A stretch of 64,000 bases of DNA, from the NCBI GenBank assembly GCA_051362555.1, contig JBPQGU010000016.1:5022001-5086000 (forward strand), written 5' to 3'. This document shows, piece by piece, positions 24,776-36,700 of this stretch (position 1 is its first letter; each line of letters opens with the position of its first letter). The translations under genes and the position numbers were made by a program. Source of the stretch: Lingula anatina. Lineage: Eukaryota > Animalia > Brachiopoda. The notes under the pieces are model-generated. The model was not told the origin of the DNA, searched no databases, and was given only the letters and a program-made list of their open reading frames with translations.

Positions 24776-27700
24776 CGCCTCAAAGCGCCACCACGCGGGA
24801 GTATCGTAAACTACATTCACACCTGCATGAAATCGGCTTTAAAAACTAAATAAACGTAAGAACTTTTTTTCATTACTCAAAAATGACTTTTGGGTACCTA
24901 ATGGATAGTTTTAACCCGTTTTTTCATCACAGTATACCTTTAAAGCTAGAATTGGGGACCTTGATGAAGTGACCCGGGCACGTTTCCACATTTTTTATGA
25001 ATGACAGGTGTGGTAGATTGATTTTCATCACTTTTTGGAAAAATCGGAGACGAGTCGATTTTTGGTGATTTTGAGTGATTTTGAACAGTGCCGGCACTGT
25101 GAGATTTCTTCAATTTTGGCCAGGTAGGGATGAAAATTTTTTTTCTTCATTATAGTGTCAGGTAGGTGTGTTCGGTCATTTGTAGTAAGAATAAAGTGCT
25201 GGAAGAGTGGTGGTGTCAACATTAAGGAAGAAATAGAGCAAAAACTCTGTCTCCCCCCCCCCCCCCCCTCTTAGATTCTGTTCTCAGAGCTTATTTTTGG
25301 ATCATCTTTAAAGCTAGAATTGGGGGCCTTGATGAAGTGACCCGGGCGCGTTTCCACATTTTTTATGAATGACAGGTGTGGTAGATTGATTTTCGTCACT
25401 TTTTGGAAAAATCGGAGACGGGTCGATTTTTGGTGATTTTGAGTGATTTTGAACAGTGCCGGCACTGTGAGATTTCTTCAATTTTGGCCAGGTAGGGATG
25501 AAAAATTTTTTTCTTCATTATAGTGTCAGGTAGGTGTGTTCGGTCATTTGTAGTAAGAATAAAGTGCTGGAAGAGTGGTGGTGTCAACATTAAGGAAGAA
25601 ATAGAGCAAAAACTCTGTTTCCCCCCCCCTCTCAGATTCTGTTCTCAGAGCTTATTTTTGGATCATCTTTAAAGCTAGAATTGGGGGCCTTGATGAAGTG
25701 ACCCGGGCGCGTTTCCACATTTTTTATGAATGACAGGTGTGGTAGATTGATTTTCGTCACTTTTTGGAAAAATCGGAGACGGATCGATTTTTGGTGATTT
25801 TGAGTGATTTTGAACAGTGCCGGCACTGTGAGATTTCTTCAATTTTGGCCAGGTAGGGATGTAAATTTTTTTTCTTCATTATAGTGTCAGGTAGGTGTGT
25901 TCGGTCATTTGTAGTAAGAATAAAGTGCTGGAAGAGTGGTGGTGTCAACATTAAGGAAGAAATAGAGCAAAAACTCTGTCTCCCCCCACCCCCCCCCCCT
26001 CTCAGATTCTGTTCTCAGAGCTTATTTTTGGATCATCTTTAAAGCTAGAATTGGGGGCCTTGATGAAGTGACCCGGGCGCGTTTCCACATTTTTTATGAA
26101 TGACAGGTGTGGTAGATTGATTTTCGTCACTTTTTGGAAAAATCGGAGACGGATTGATTTTTGGTGATTTTGAGTGATTTTGAACAGTGCCAGCACTGTG
26201 AGATTTCTTCAATTTTGGCCAGGTAGGGATGAAAATTTTTTTTCTTCATTATAGTGTCAGGTAGGTGTGTTCGGTCATTTGTAGTAAGAATAAAGTGCTG
26301 GAAGAATGGTGGTGTCAACATTAAGGAAGAAATAGAGCAAAAACTCTGTCTCCCCCCCCCCCCCCCCCCTCTCAGATTCTGTTCTCAGAGCTTATTTTTG
26401 GATCATCTTTAAAGCTAGAATTGGGGGCCTTGATGAAGTGACCCGGGCGCGTTTCCACATTTTTTATGAATGACAGGTGTGGTAGATTGATTTTCGTCAC
26501 TTTTTGGAAAAATCGGAGACGGATTGATTTTTGGTGATTTTGAGTGATTTTGAACAGTGCCAGCACTGTGAGATTTCTTCAATTTTGGCCAGGTAGGGAT
26601 GAAAATTTTTTTTCTTCATTATAGTGTCAGGTAGGTGTGTTCGGTCATTTGTAGTAAGAATAAAGTGCTGGAAGAGTGGTGGTGTCAACATTAAGGAAGA
26701 AATAGAGCAAAAACTCTGTCTCCCCCCCCCCCCTCTCAGATTCTGTTCTCAGAGCTTATTTTTGGATCATCTTTAAAGCTAGAATTGGGGGCCTTGATGA
26801 AGTGACCCGGGCGCGTTTCCACATTTTTAATGAATGACAGGTGTGGTAGATTGATTTTCGTCACTTTTTGGAAAAATCGGAGACGGATCGATTTTTGGTG
26901 ATTTTGAGTGATTTTGAACAGTGCCGGCACTGTGAGATTTCTTCAATTTTGGCCAGGTAGGGATGAAAATTTTTTTTCTTCATTATAGTGTCAGGTAGGT
27001 GTGTTCGGTCATTTGTAGTAAGAATAAAGTGCTGGAAGAGTGGTGGTGTCAACATTAAGGAAGAAATAGAGCAAAAACTCTGTCTCCCCCCCCCCCTCTC
27101 AGATTCTGTTCTCAGAGCTTATTTTTGGATCATCTTTAAAGCTAGAATTGGGGGCCTTGATGAAGTGACCCGGGCGCGTTTCCACATTTTTTATGAATGA
27201 CAGGTGTGGTAGATTGATTTTCGTCACTTTTTGGAAAAATCGGAGACGGGTCGATTTTTGGTGATTTTGAGTGATTTTGAACAGTGCCAGCACTGTGAGA
27301 TTTCTTCAATTTTGGCCAGGTAGGGATGAAAATTTTTTTTCTTCATTATAGTGTCAGATAGGTGTGTTCGGTCATTTGTAGTAAGAATAAAGTGCTGGAA
27401 GAGTGGTGGTGTCAACATTAAGGAAGAAATAGAGCAAAAACTCTGTCTCCCCCCCCCCCCCTCTCAGATTCTGTTCTCAGAGCTTATTTTTGGATCATCT
27501 TTAAAGCTAGAATTGGGGGCCTTGATGAAGTGACCCGGGCGCGTTTCCACATTTTTTATGAATGACAGGTGTGGTAGATTGATTTTCGTCACTTTTTGGA
27601 AAAATCGGAGACGGATTGATTTTTGGTGATTTTGAGTGATTTTGAACAGTGCCAGCACTGTGAGATTTCTTCAATTTTGGCCAGATAGGGATGAAAATTT

Positions 27701-30700
27701 TTTTTCTTCATTATAGTGTCAGGTAGGTGTGTTCGGTCATTTGTAGTAAGAATAAAGTGCTGGAAGAGTGGTGGTGTCAACATTAAGGAAGAAATAGAGC
27801 AAAAACTCTGTCTCCCCCCCCCCCCCCTCTCAGATTCTGTTCTCAGAGCTTATTTTTGGATCATCTTTAAAGCTAGAATTGGGGGCCTTGATGAAGTGAC
27901 CCGGGCGCGTTTCCACATTTTTAATGAATGACAGGTGTGGTAGATTGATTTTCGTCACTTTTTGGAAAAATCGGAGACGGATCGATTTTTGGTGATTTTG
28001 AGTGATTTTGAACAGTGCCGGCACTGTGAGATTTCTTCAATTTTGGCCAGGTAGGGATGAAAATTTTTTTTCTTCATTATAGTGTCAGGTAGGTGTGTTC
28101 GGTCATTTGTAGTAAGAATAAAGTGCTGGAAGAGTGGTGGTGTCAACATTAAGGAAGAAATAGAGCAAAAACTCTGTCTCCCCCCCCCCTCTCAGATTCT
28201 GTTCTCAGAGCTTATTTTTGGATCATCTTTAAAGCTAGAATTGGGGGCCTTGATGAAGTGACCCAGGCGCGTTTCCACATTTTTTATGAATGACAGGTGT
28301 GGTAGATTGATTTTTGTCACTTTTTGGAAAAATCGGAGACGGGTCGATTTTTGGTGATTTTGAGTGATTTTGAACAGTGCCGGCACTGTGAGATTTCTTC
28401 AATTTTGGCCAGGTAGGGATGAAAATTTTTTTTCTTCATTATAGTGTCAGGTAGGTGTGTTCGGTCATTTGTAGTAAGAATAAAGTGCTGGAAGAGTGGT
28501 GGTGTCAACATTAAGGAAGAAATAGAGCAAAAACTCTGTCTCCCCCCCCCCCTCTCAGATTCTGTTCTCAGAGCTTATTTTTGGATCATCTTTAAAGCTA
28601 GAATTGGGGGCCTTGATGAAGTGACCCGGGCGCGTTTCCACATTTTTTATGAATGACAGGTGTGGTAGATTGATTTTCGTCACTTTTTGGAAAAATCGGA
28701 GACGGATCGATTTTTGGTGATTTTGAGTGATTTTGAACAGTGCCGGCACTGTGAGATTTCTTCAATTTTGGCCAGGTAGGGATGAAAATTTTTTTTCTTC
28801 ATTATAGTGTCAGGTAGGTGTGTTCGGTCATTTGTAGTAAGAATAAAGTGCTGGAAGAGTGGTGGTGTCAACATTAAGGAAGAAATAGAGCAAAAACTCT
28901 GTCTCCCCCCCCCCCCTCTCAGATTCTGTTCTCAGAGCTTATTTTTGGATCATCTTTAAAGCTAGAATTGGGGGCCTTGATGAAGTGACCCGGGCGCGTT
29001 TCCACATTTTTAATGAATGACAGGTGTGGTAGATTGATTTTCGTCACTTTTTGGAAAAATCGGAGACGGGTCGATTTTTGGTGATTTTGAGTGATTTTGA
29101 ACAGTGCCGGCACTGTGAGATTTCTTCAATTTTGGCCAGGTAGGGATGGAAATTTTTTTTCTTCATTATAGTGTCAGGTAGGTGTGTTCGGTCATTTGTA
29201 GTAAGAATAAAGTGCTGGAAGAGTGGTGGTGTCAACATTAAGGAAGAAATAGAGCAAAAACTCTGTCTCCCCCCCCCCCCCTCTCAGATTCTGTTCTCAG
29301 AGCTTATTTTTGGATCATCTTTAAATTTAGAATTGGGGGCCTTGACGAATTGACCCGGGCGCGTTTCCACATTTTTTATGGATGACAGGTGTGGTAGATT
29401 GATTTTCGTCACTTTTTGGAAAAATCGGAGACGGGTCGATTTTTGGTGATTTTGAGTGATTTTGAACAGTGCCGGCACTGTGAGATTTCTTCAATTTTGG
29501 CCAGGTATGGATGAAAATTTTTTTTCTTCATTATAGTGTCAGGTAGGTGTGTTTGGTCATTTGTAGTAAGAATAAAGTGCTGGAAGAGTGGTGGTGTCAA
29601 CATTAAGGAAGAAATAGAGCAAAAACTCTGTCTCCCCCCCCCCCTCTCAGATTCTGTTCTCAGAGCTTATTTTTGGATCATCTTTAAAGCTAGAATTGGG
29701 GGCCTTGATGAAGTAACCCGGGCGCGTTTCCACATTTTTTATGAATGACAGGTGTGGTAGATTGATTTTCGTCACTTTTTGGAAAAATCGGAGACGGGTC
29801 GATTTTTGGTGATTTTGAGTGATTTTGAACAGTGCCGGCACTGTGAGATTTCTTCAATTTTGGCCAGGTAGGGATGAAAATTTTTTTTCTTCATTATAGT
29901 GTCAGGTAGGTGTGTTCGGTCATTTGTAGTAAGAATAAAGTGCTGGAAGAGTGGTGGTGTCAACATTAAGGAAGAAATAGAGCAAAAACTCTGTCTCTCC
30001 CCCCCCTCTCAGATTCTGTTCTCAAATTATTTTTGATCATCTTTAAAGCTAGAATTGGGGGCCTTGATGAAGTGACCCGGGCGCGTTTCCACATTTTTTA
30101 TGAATGACAGGTGTGGTAGATTGATTTTCGTCACTTTTTGGAAAAATCGGAGACGGGTCGATTATTGGTGATTTTGAGTGATTTTGAACAGTGCCGGCAC
30201 TGTGAGATTTCTTCAATTTTGGCCAGGTAGGGATGGAAATTTTTTTTCTTCATTATAGTGTCAGGTAGGTGTGTTCGGTCATTTGTAGTAAGAATAAAGT
30301 GCTGGAAGAGTGGTGGTGTCAACATTAAGGAAGAAATAGAGCAAAAACTCTGTCTCCCCCCCCCCCCCTCTCAGATTCTGTTCTCAGAGCTTATTTTTGG
30401 ATCATCTTTAAAGCTAGAATTGGGGGCCTTGATGAAGTGACCCGGGCGCGTTTCCACATTTTTTATGAATGACAGGTGTGGTAGATTGATTTTCGTCACT
30501 TTTTGGAAAAATCGGAGACGGGTCGATTTTTGGTGATTTTGAGTGATTTTGAACAGTGCCGGCACTGTGAGATTTCTTCAATTTTGGCCAGGTAGGGATG
30601 AAAATTTTTTTTCTTCATTATAGTGTCAGGTAGGTGTGTTCGGTCATTTGTAGTAAGAATAAAGTGCTGGAAGAGTGGTGGTGTCAACATTAAGGAAGAA

Positions 30701-33700
30701 ATAGAGCAAAAACTCTGTCTCCCCCCCCCCCCCTCTCAGATTCTGTTCTCAGAGCTTATTTTTGGATCATCTTTAAATTTAGAATTGGGGGCCTTGATGA
30801 AGTGACCCGGGCGCGTTTCCACATTTTTTATGAATGACAGGTGTGGTAGATTGATTTTCGTCACTTTTTGGAAAAATCGGAGACGGGTCGATTTTTGGTG
30901 ATTTTGAGAGATTTTGAACAGTGCCGGCACTGTGAGATTTCTTCAATTTTGGCCAGGTAGGGATGAAAATTTTTTTTCTTCATTATAGTGTCAGGTAGGT
31001 GTGTTCGGTCATTTGTAGTAAGAATAAAGTGCTGGAAGAGTGGTGGTGTCAACATTAAGGAAGAAATAGAGCAAAAACTCTGTCTCCCCCCCCCCCTCTC
31101 AGATTCTGTTCTCAGAGCTTATTTTTGGATCATCTTTAAATTTAGAATTGGGGGCCTTGATGAAGTGACCCGGGCGCGTTTCCACATTTTTTATGAATGA
31201 CAGGTGTGGTAGATTGATTTTCGTCACTTTTTGGAAAAATCGGAGACGGGTCGATTTTTGGTGATTTTGAGTGATTTTGAACAGTGCCAGCACTGTGAGA
31301 TTTCTTCAATTTTGGCCAGGTAGGGATGAAATTTTTTTTTCTTCATTATAGTGTCAGGTAGGTGTGTTCGGTCATTTGTAGTAAGAATAAAGTGCTGGAA
31401 GAGTGGTGGTGTCAACATTAAGGAAGAAATAGAGCAAAAACTCTGTCTCCCCCCCCCCCTCTCAGGTTCTGTTCTCAGAGCTTATTTTTGGATCATCTTT
31501 AAAGCTAGAATTGGGGACCTTGATGAAGTGACCCGGGCGCGTTTCCACATTTTTTATGAATGACAGGTGTGGTAGATTGATTTTCGTCACTTTTTGGAAA
31601 AATCGGAGACGGGTCGATTTTTGGTGATTTTGAGTGATTTTGAACAGTGCCGGCACTGTGAAATTTCTTCAATTTTGGCCAGGTAGGGATGAAAATTTTT
31701 TTTCTTCATTATAGTGTCAGGTAGGTGTGTTCGGTCATTTGTAGTAAGAATAAAGTGCTGGAAGAGTGGTGGTGTCAACATTAAGGAAGAAATAGAGCAA
31801 AAACTCTGTCTCCCCCCCCTCTCAGGTTCTGTTCTCAGAGCTTATTTTTGGATCATCTTTAAAGCTAGAATTGGGGGCCTTGATGAAGTGACCCGGGCGC
31901 GTTTCCACATTTTTTATGAATGACAGGTGTGGTAGATTGATTTTCGTCACTTTTTGGAAAAATCGGAGACGGGTCGATTTTTGGTGATTTTGAGTGATTT
32001 TGAACAGTGCCGGCACTGTGAGATTTCTTCAATTTTGGCCAGGTAGTGATGAAAATTTTTTTTCTTCATTATAGTGTCAGGTAGGTGTGTTCGGTCATTT
32101 GTAGTAAGAATAAAGTGCTGGAAGAGTGGTGGTGTCAACATTAAGGAAGAAATAGAGCAAAAACTGTGTCTCCCCCTCCCCTCTCAGATTCTGTTCTCAG
32201 AGCTTATTTTTGGATCATCTTTAAAGCTAGAATTGGGGGCCTTGATGAAGTGACCCGGGCGCGTTTCCACATTTTTTATGAATGACAGGTGTGGTAGATT
32301 GATTTTCGTCACTTTTTGGAAAAATCGGAGACGGGTCGATTTTTGGTGATTTTGAGTGATTTTGAACAGTGCCGGCACTGTGAAATTTCTTCAATTTTGG
32401 CCAGGTAAGGATGAAAATTTTTTTTCTTCATTATAGTGTCAGGTAGGTGTGTTCGGTCATTTGTAGTAAGAATAAAGTGCTGGAAGAGTGGTGGTGTCAA
32501 CATTAAGGAAGAAATAGAGCAAAAACTCTGTCTCCCCCCCCCCCCCCAGATTCTGTTCTCAGAGCTTATTTTTGGATCATCTTTAAAGCTAGAATTGGGG
32601 GCCTTGATGAAGTGACCCGGGCGCGTTTCCACATTTTTTATGAATGACAGGTGTGGTAGATTGATTTACGTCACTTTTTGGAAAAATCGGAGACGGGTCG
32701 ATTTTTGGTGATTTTGAGTGATTTTGAACAGTGCCGGCACTGTAAGATTTCTTCAATTTTGGCCAGGTAGGGATGAAAATTTTTTTTCTTCATTATAGTG
32801 TCAGGTAGGTGTGTTCGGTCATTTGTAGTAAGAATAAAGTGCTGGAAGAGTGGTGGTGTCAACATTAAGGAAGAAATAGAGCAAAAACTCTGTCTCCCCC
32901 CCCCCCTCTCAGATTCTGTTCTTAGAGCTTATTTTTGGATCATCTTTAAATTTAGAATTGGGGGCCTTGATGAAGTGACCCGGGCGCGTTTCCACATTTT
33001 TTATGAATGACAGGTGTGGTAGATTGATTTTCGTCACTTTTTGGAAAAATCGGAGACGGGTCGATTTTTGGTGATTTTGAGAGATTTTGAACAGTGCCGG
33101 CACTGTGAGATTTCTTCAATTTTGGCCAGGTAGGGATGAAAATTTTTTTTCTTCATTATAGTGTCAGGTAGGTGTGTTCGGTCATTTGTAGTAAGAATAA
33201 AGTGCTGGAAGAGTGGTGGTGTCAACATTAAGGAAGAAATAGAGCAAAAACTCTGTCTCCCCCCCCCCCCTCTCAGATTCTGTTCTCAGAGCTTATTTTT
33301 GGATCATCTTTAAAGCTAGAATTGGGGGCCTTGATGAAGTGACCCGGGCGCGTTTCCACATTTTTATGAATGACAGGTGTGGTAGATTGATTTTCGTCAC
33401 TTTTTGGAAAAATCGGAGACGGGTCGATTTTTGGTGATTTTGATTGATTTTGAACAGTGCCGGCACTGTGAGATTTCTTCAATTTTGGCCAGGTAGGGAT
33501 GAAAATTTTTTTTCTTCATTATAGTGTCAGGTAGGTGTGTTCGGTCATTTGTAGTAAGAATAAAGTGCTGGAAGAGTGGTGGTGTCAACATTAAGGAAGA
33601 AATAGAGCAAAAACTCTGTCTCCCCCCCCCCCCCTCTCAGGTTCTGTTCTCAGAGCTTATTTTTGGATCATCTTTAAAGCTAGAATTGGGGGCCTTGATG

Positions 33701-36700
33701 AAGTGACCCGGGCGCGTTTCCACATTTTTTATGAATGACAGGTGTGGTAGATTGATTTTCGTCACTTTTTGGAAAAATCGGAGACGGGTCGATTTTTGGT
33801 GATTTTGAGTGATTTTGAACAGTGCCGGCACTGTGAGATTTCTTCAATTTTGGCCAGGTAGGGATGAAAATTTTTTTTCTTCATTATAGTGTCAGGTAGG
33901 TGTGTTCGGTCATTTGTAGTAAGAATAAAGTGCTGGAAGAGTGGTGGTGTCAACATTAAGGAAGAAATAGATCTAAAACTCTGTCTCCCCCCACCCCCCT
34001 CTCAGATTCTGTTCTCAGAGCTTATTTTTGGATCATCTTTAAAGCTAGAATTGGGGGCCTTGATGAAGTGACCCGGGCGCGTTTCCACATTTTTTATGAA
34101 TGACAGGTGTGGTAGATTGATTTTCGTCACTTTTTGGAAAAATCGGAGACGGGTCGATTTTTGGTGATTTTGAGTGATTTTGAACAGTGCCGGCACTGTG
34201 AGATTTCTTCAATTTTGGCCAGGTAGGGATGAAAATTTTTTTTCTTCATTATAGTGTCAGGTAGGTGTGTTCGGTCATTTGTAGTAAGAATAAAGTGCTG
34301 GAAGAGTGGTGGTGTCAACATTAAGGAAGAAATAGAGCAAAAACTCTGTCTCCCCCCCCCCCCTCTCAGATTCTGTTCTCAGAGCTTATTTTTGGATCAT
34401 CTTTAAATTTAGAATTGGGGGCCTTGATGAAGTGACCCGGGCGCATTTCCACATTTTTTATGAATGACAGGTGTGGTAGATTGATTTTCGTCACTTTTTG
34501 GAAAAATCGGAGAAGGGTCGATTTTTGGTGATTTTGAGTGATTTTGAACAGTGCCGGCACTGTGAGATTTCTTTAATTTTGGCCAGGTAGGGATGAAAAT
34601 TTTTTTTCTTCATTATAGTGTCAGGTAGGTGTGTTCGGTCATTTGTAGTAAGAATAAAGTGCTGGAAGAGTGGTGGTGTCAACATTAAGGAAGAAATAGA
34701 GCAAAAACTCTGTCTCCCCCCCCCCCCTCTCAGATTCTGTTCTCAGAGCTTATTTTTGGATCATCTTTAAAGCTAGAATTGGGGGCCTTGATGAAGTGAC
34801 CCGGGCGCGTTTCCACATTTTTTATGAATGACAGGTGTGGTAGATTGATTACCGTCACTTTCTGGAAAAATCGGAGACGGGTCGATTTTTGGTGATTTTG
34901 AGTGATTTTGAACAGTGCCGGCACTGTGAGATTTCTTCAATTTTGGCCAGGTAGGGATGAAAATTTTTTTTCTTCATTATAGTGTCAGGTAGGTGTGTTC
35001 GGTCATTTGTAGTAAGAATAAAGTGCTGGAAGAGTGGTGGTGTCAACATTAAGGAAGAAATAGAGCAAAAACTCTGTCTCCCCCCCCCCTCTCAGATTCT
35101 GTTCTCAGAGCTTATTTTTGGATCATCTTTAAAGCTAGAATTGGGGGCCTTGATGAAGTGACCCGGGCGCGTTTCCACATTTTTTATGAATGACAGGTGT
35201 GGTAGATTGATTTTCGTCACTTTTTGGAAAAATCGGAGACGGGTCGATTTTAAGTGATTTTGAGTGATTTTGAACAGTGCCGGCACTGTGAGATTTCTTC
35301 AATTTTGGCCAGGTAGGGATGAAAATTTTTTTTCTTCATTATAGTGTCAGGTAGGTGTGTTCGGTCATTTGTAGTAAGAATAAAGTGCTGGAAGAGTGGT
35401 GGTGTCAACATTAAGGAAGAAATAGAGCAAAAACTCTGTCTCCCCCCCCCCCCCTCTCAGATTCTGTTCTCAGAGCTTATTTTTGGATCATCTTTAAAGC
35501 TAGAATTGGGGGCCTTGATGAAGTGACCCGGGCGCGTTTCCACATTTTTTATGAATGACAGGTGTGGTAGATTGATTTTCGTCACTTTTTGGAAAAATCG
35601 GAGACGGGTCGATTTTTGGTGATTTTGAGTGATTTTGAACAGTGCCGGCACTGTGAGATTTCTTCAATTTTGGCCAGGTAGGGATGAAAATTTTTTTTCT
35701 TCATTATAGTGTCAGGTAGGTGTGTTCGGTCATTTGTAGTAAGAATAAAGTGCTGGAAGAGTGGTGGTGTCAACATTAAGGAAGAAATAGAGCAAAAACT
35801 CTGTCTCCCCCCCCCCCCCCTCTCAGATTCTGTTCTCAGAGCTTATTTTTGGATCATCTTTAAATTTAGAATTGGGGGCCTTGATGAATTGACCAGGGCG
35901 CGTTTCCACATTTTTTATGAATGACAGGTGTGGTAGATTGATTTTCGTCACTTTTTGGAAAAATCGGAGACAGGTCGATTTTTGGTGATATTGAGTGATT
36001 TTGAACAGTGCCAGCACTGTGAGATTTCTTCAATTTTGGCCAGGTAGGGATGAAATTTTTTTTTTCTTCATTATAGTGTCAGGTAGGTGTGTTCGGTCAT
36101 TTGTAGTAAGAATAAAGTGCTGGAAGAGTGGTGGTGTCAACATTAAGGAAGAAATAGAGCAAAAACTCTGTCTCCCCCCCCCCCTCTCAGATTCTGTTCT
36201 CAGAGCTTATTTTTGGATCATCTTTAAAGCTAGAATTGGGGGCCTTGATGAAGTGACCCGGGCGCGTTTCCACATTTTTTATGAATGACAGGTGTGGTAG
36301 ATTGATTTTCGTCACTTTTTGGAAAAATCGGAGACGGGTCGATTTTTGGTGATTTTGAGTGATTTTAAACAATGCCGGCACTGTGAGATTTCTTCAATTT
36401 TGGCCAGGTAGGGATGAAATTTTTTTTTTCTTCATTATAGTGTCAGGTAGGTGTGTTCGGTCATTTGTAGTAAGAAAAAAGTGCTGGAAGAGTGGTGGTG
36501 TCAACATTAAGGAAGAAATAGAGCAAAAACTCTGTCTCCCCCCCCCCCCCTCTCAGATTCTGTTCTCAGAGCTTATTTTTGGATCATCTTTAAAGCTAGA
36601 ATTGGGGGCCTTGATGAAGTGACCCGGGCGCGTTTCCACATTTTTTATGAATGACAGGTGTGGTAGATTGATTTTCGTCACTTTTTGGAAAAATCGGAGA

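Larger units (their letters stand above)
23558..24939 (+). mobile_element. Non-autonomous Kolobok-type DNA transposon (internally deleted, THAP-bearing), 1382 bp
   Basis: TTAA is duplicated at 23554-23557 and 24940-24943, and removing the insert plus one TTAA restores the monomer (ATCATCTTTAAAGCTAGAA). The termini AGGCCTACTGTG and CACAGTATACCT form a 12 bp TIR with 2 mismatches. TTAA TSD, short TIRs starting RR and an N-terminal THAP domain are Kolobok hallmarks. Confidence 0.88.

Noticed and set aside
23558-24939. piggyBac assignment for the TTAA insertion
   Set aside because: The ends are AGG..CCT rather than CCY..RGG, and a THAP domain fits Kolobok rather than piggyBac.
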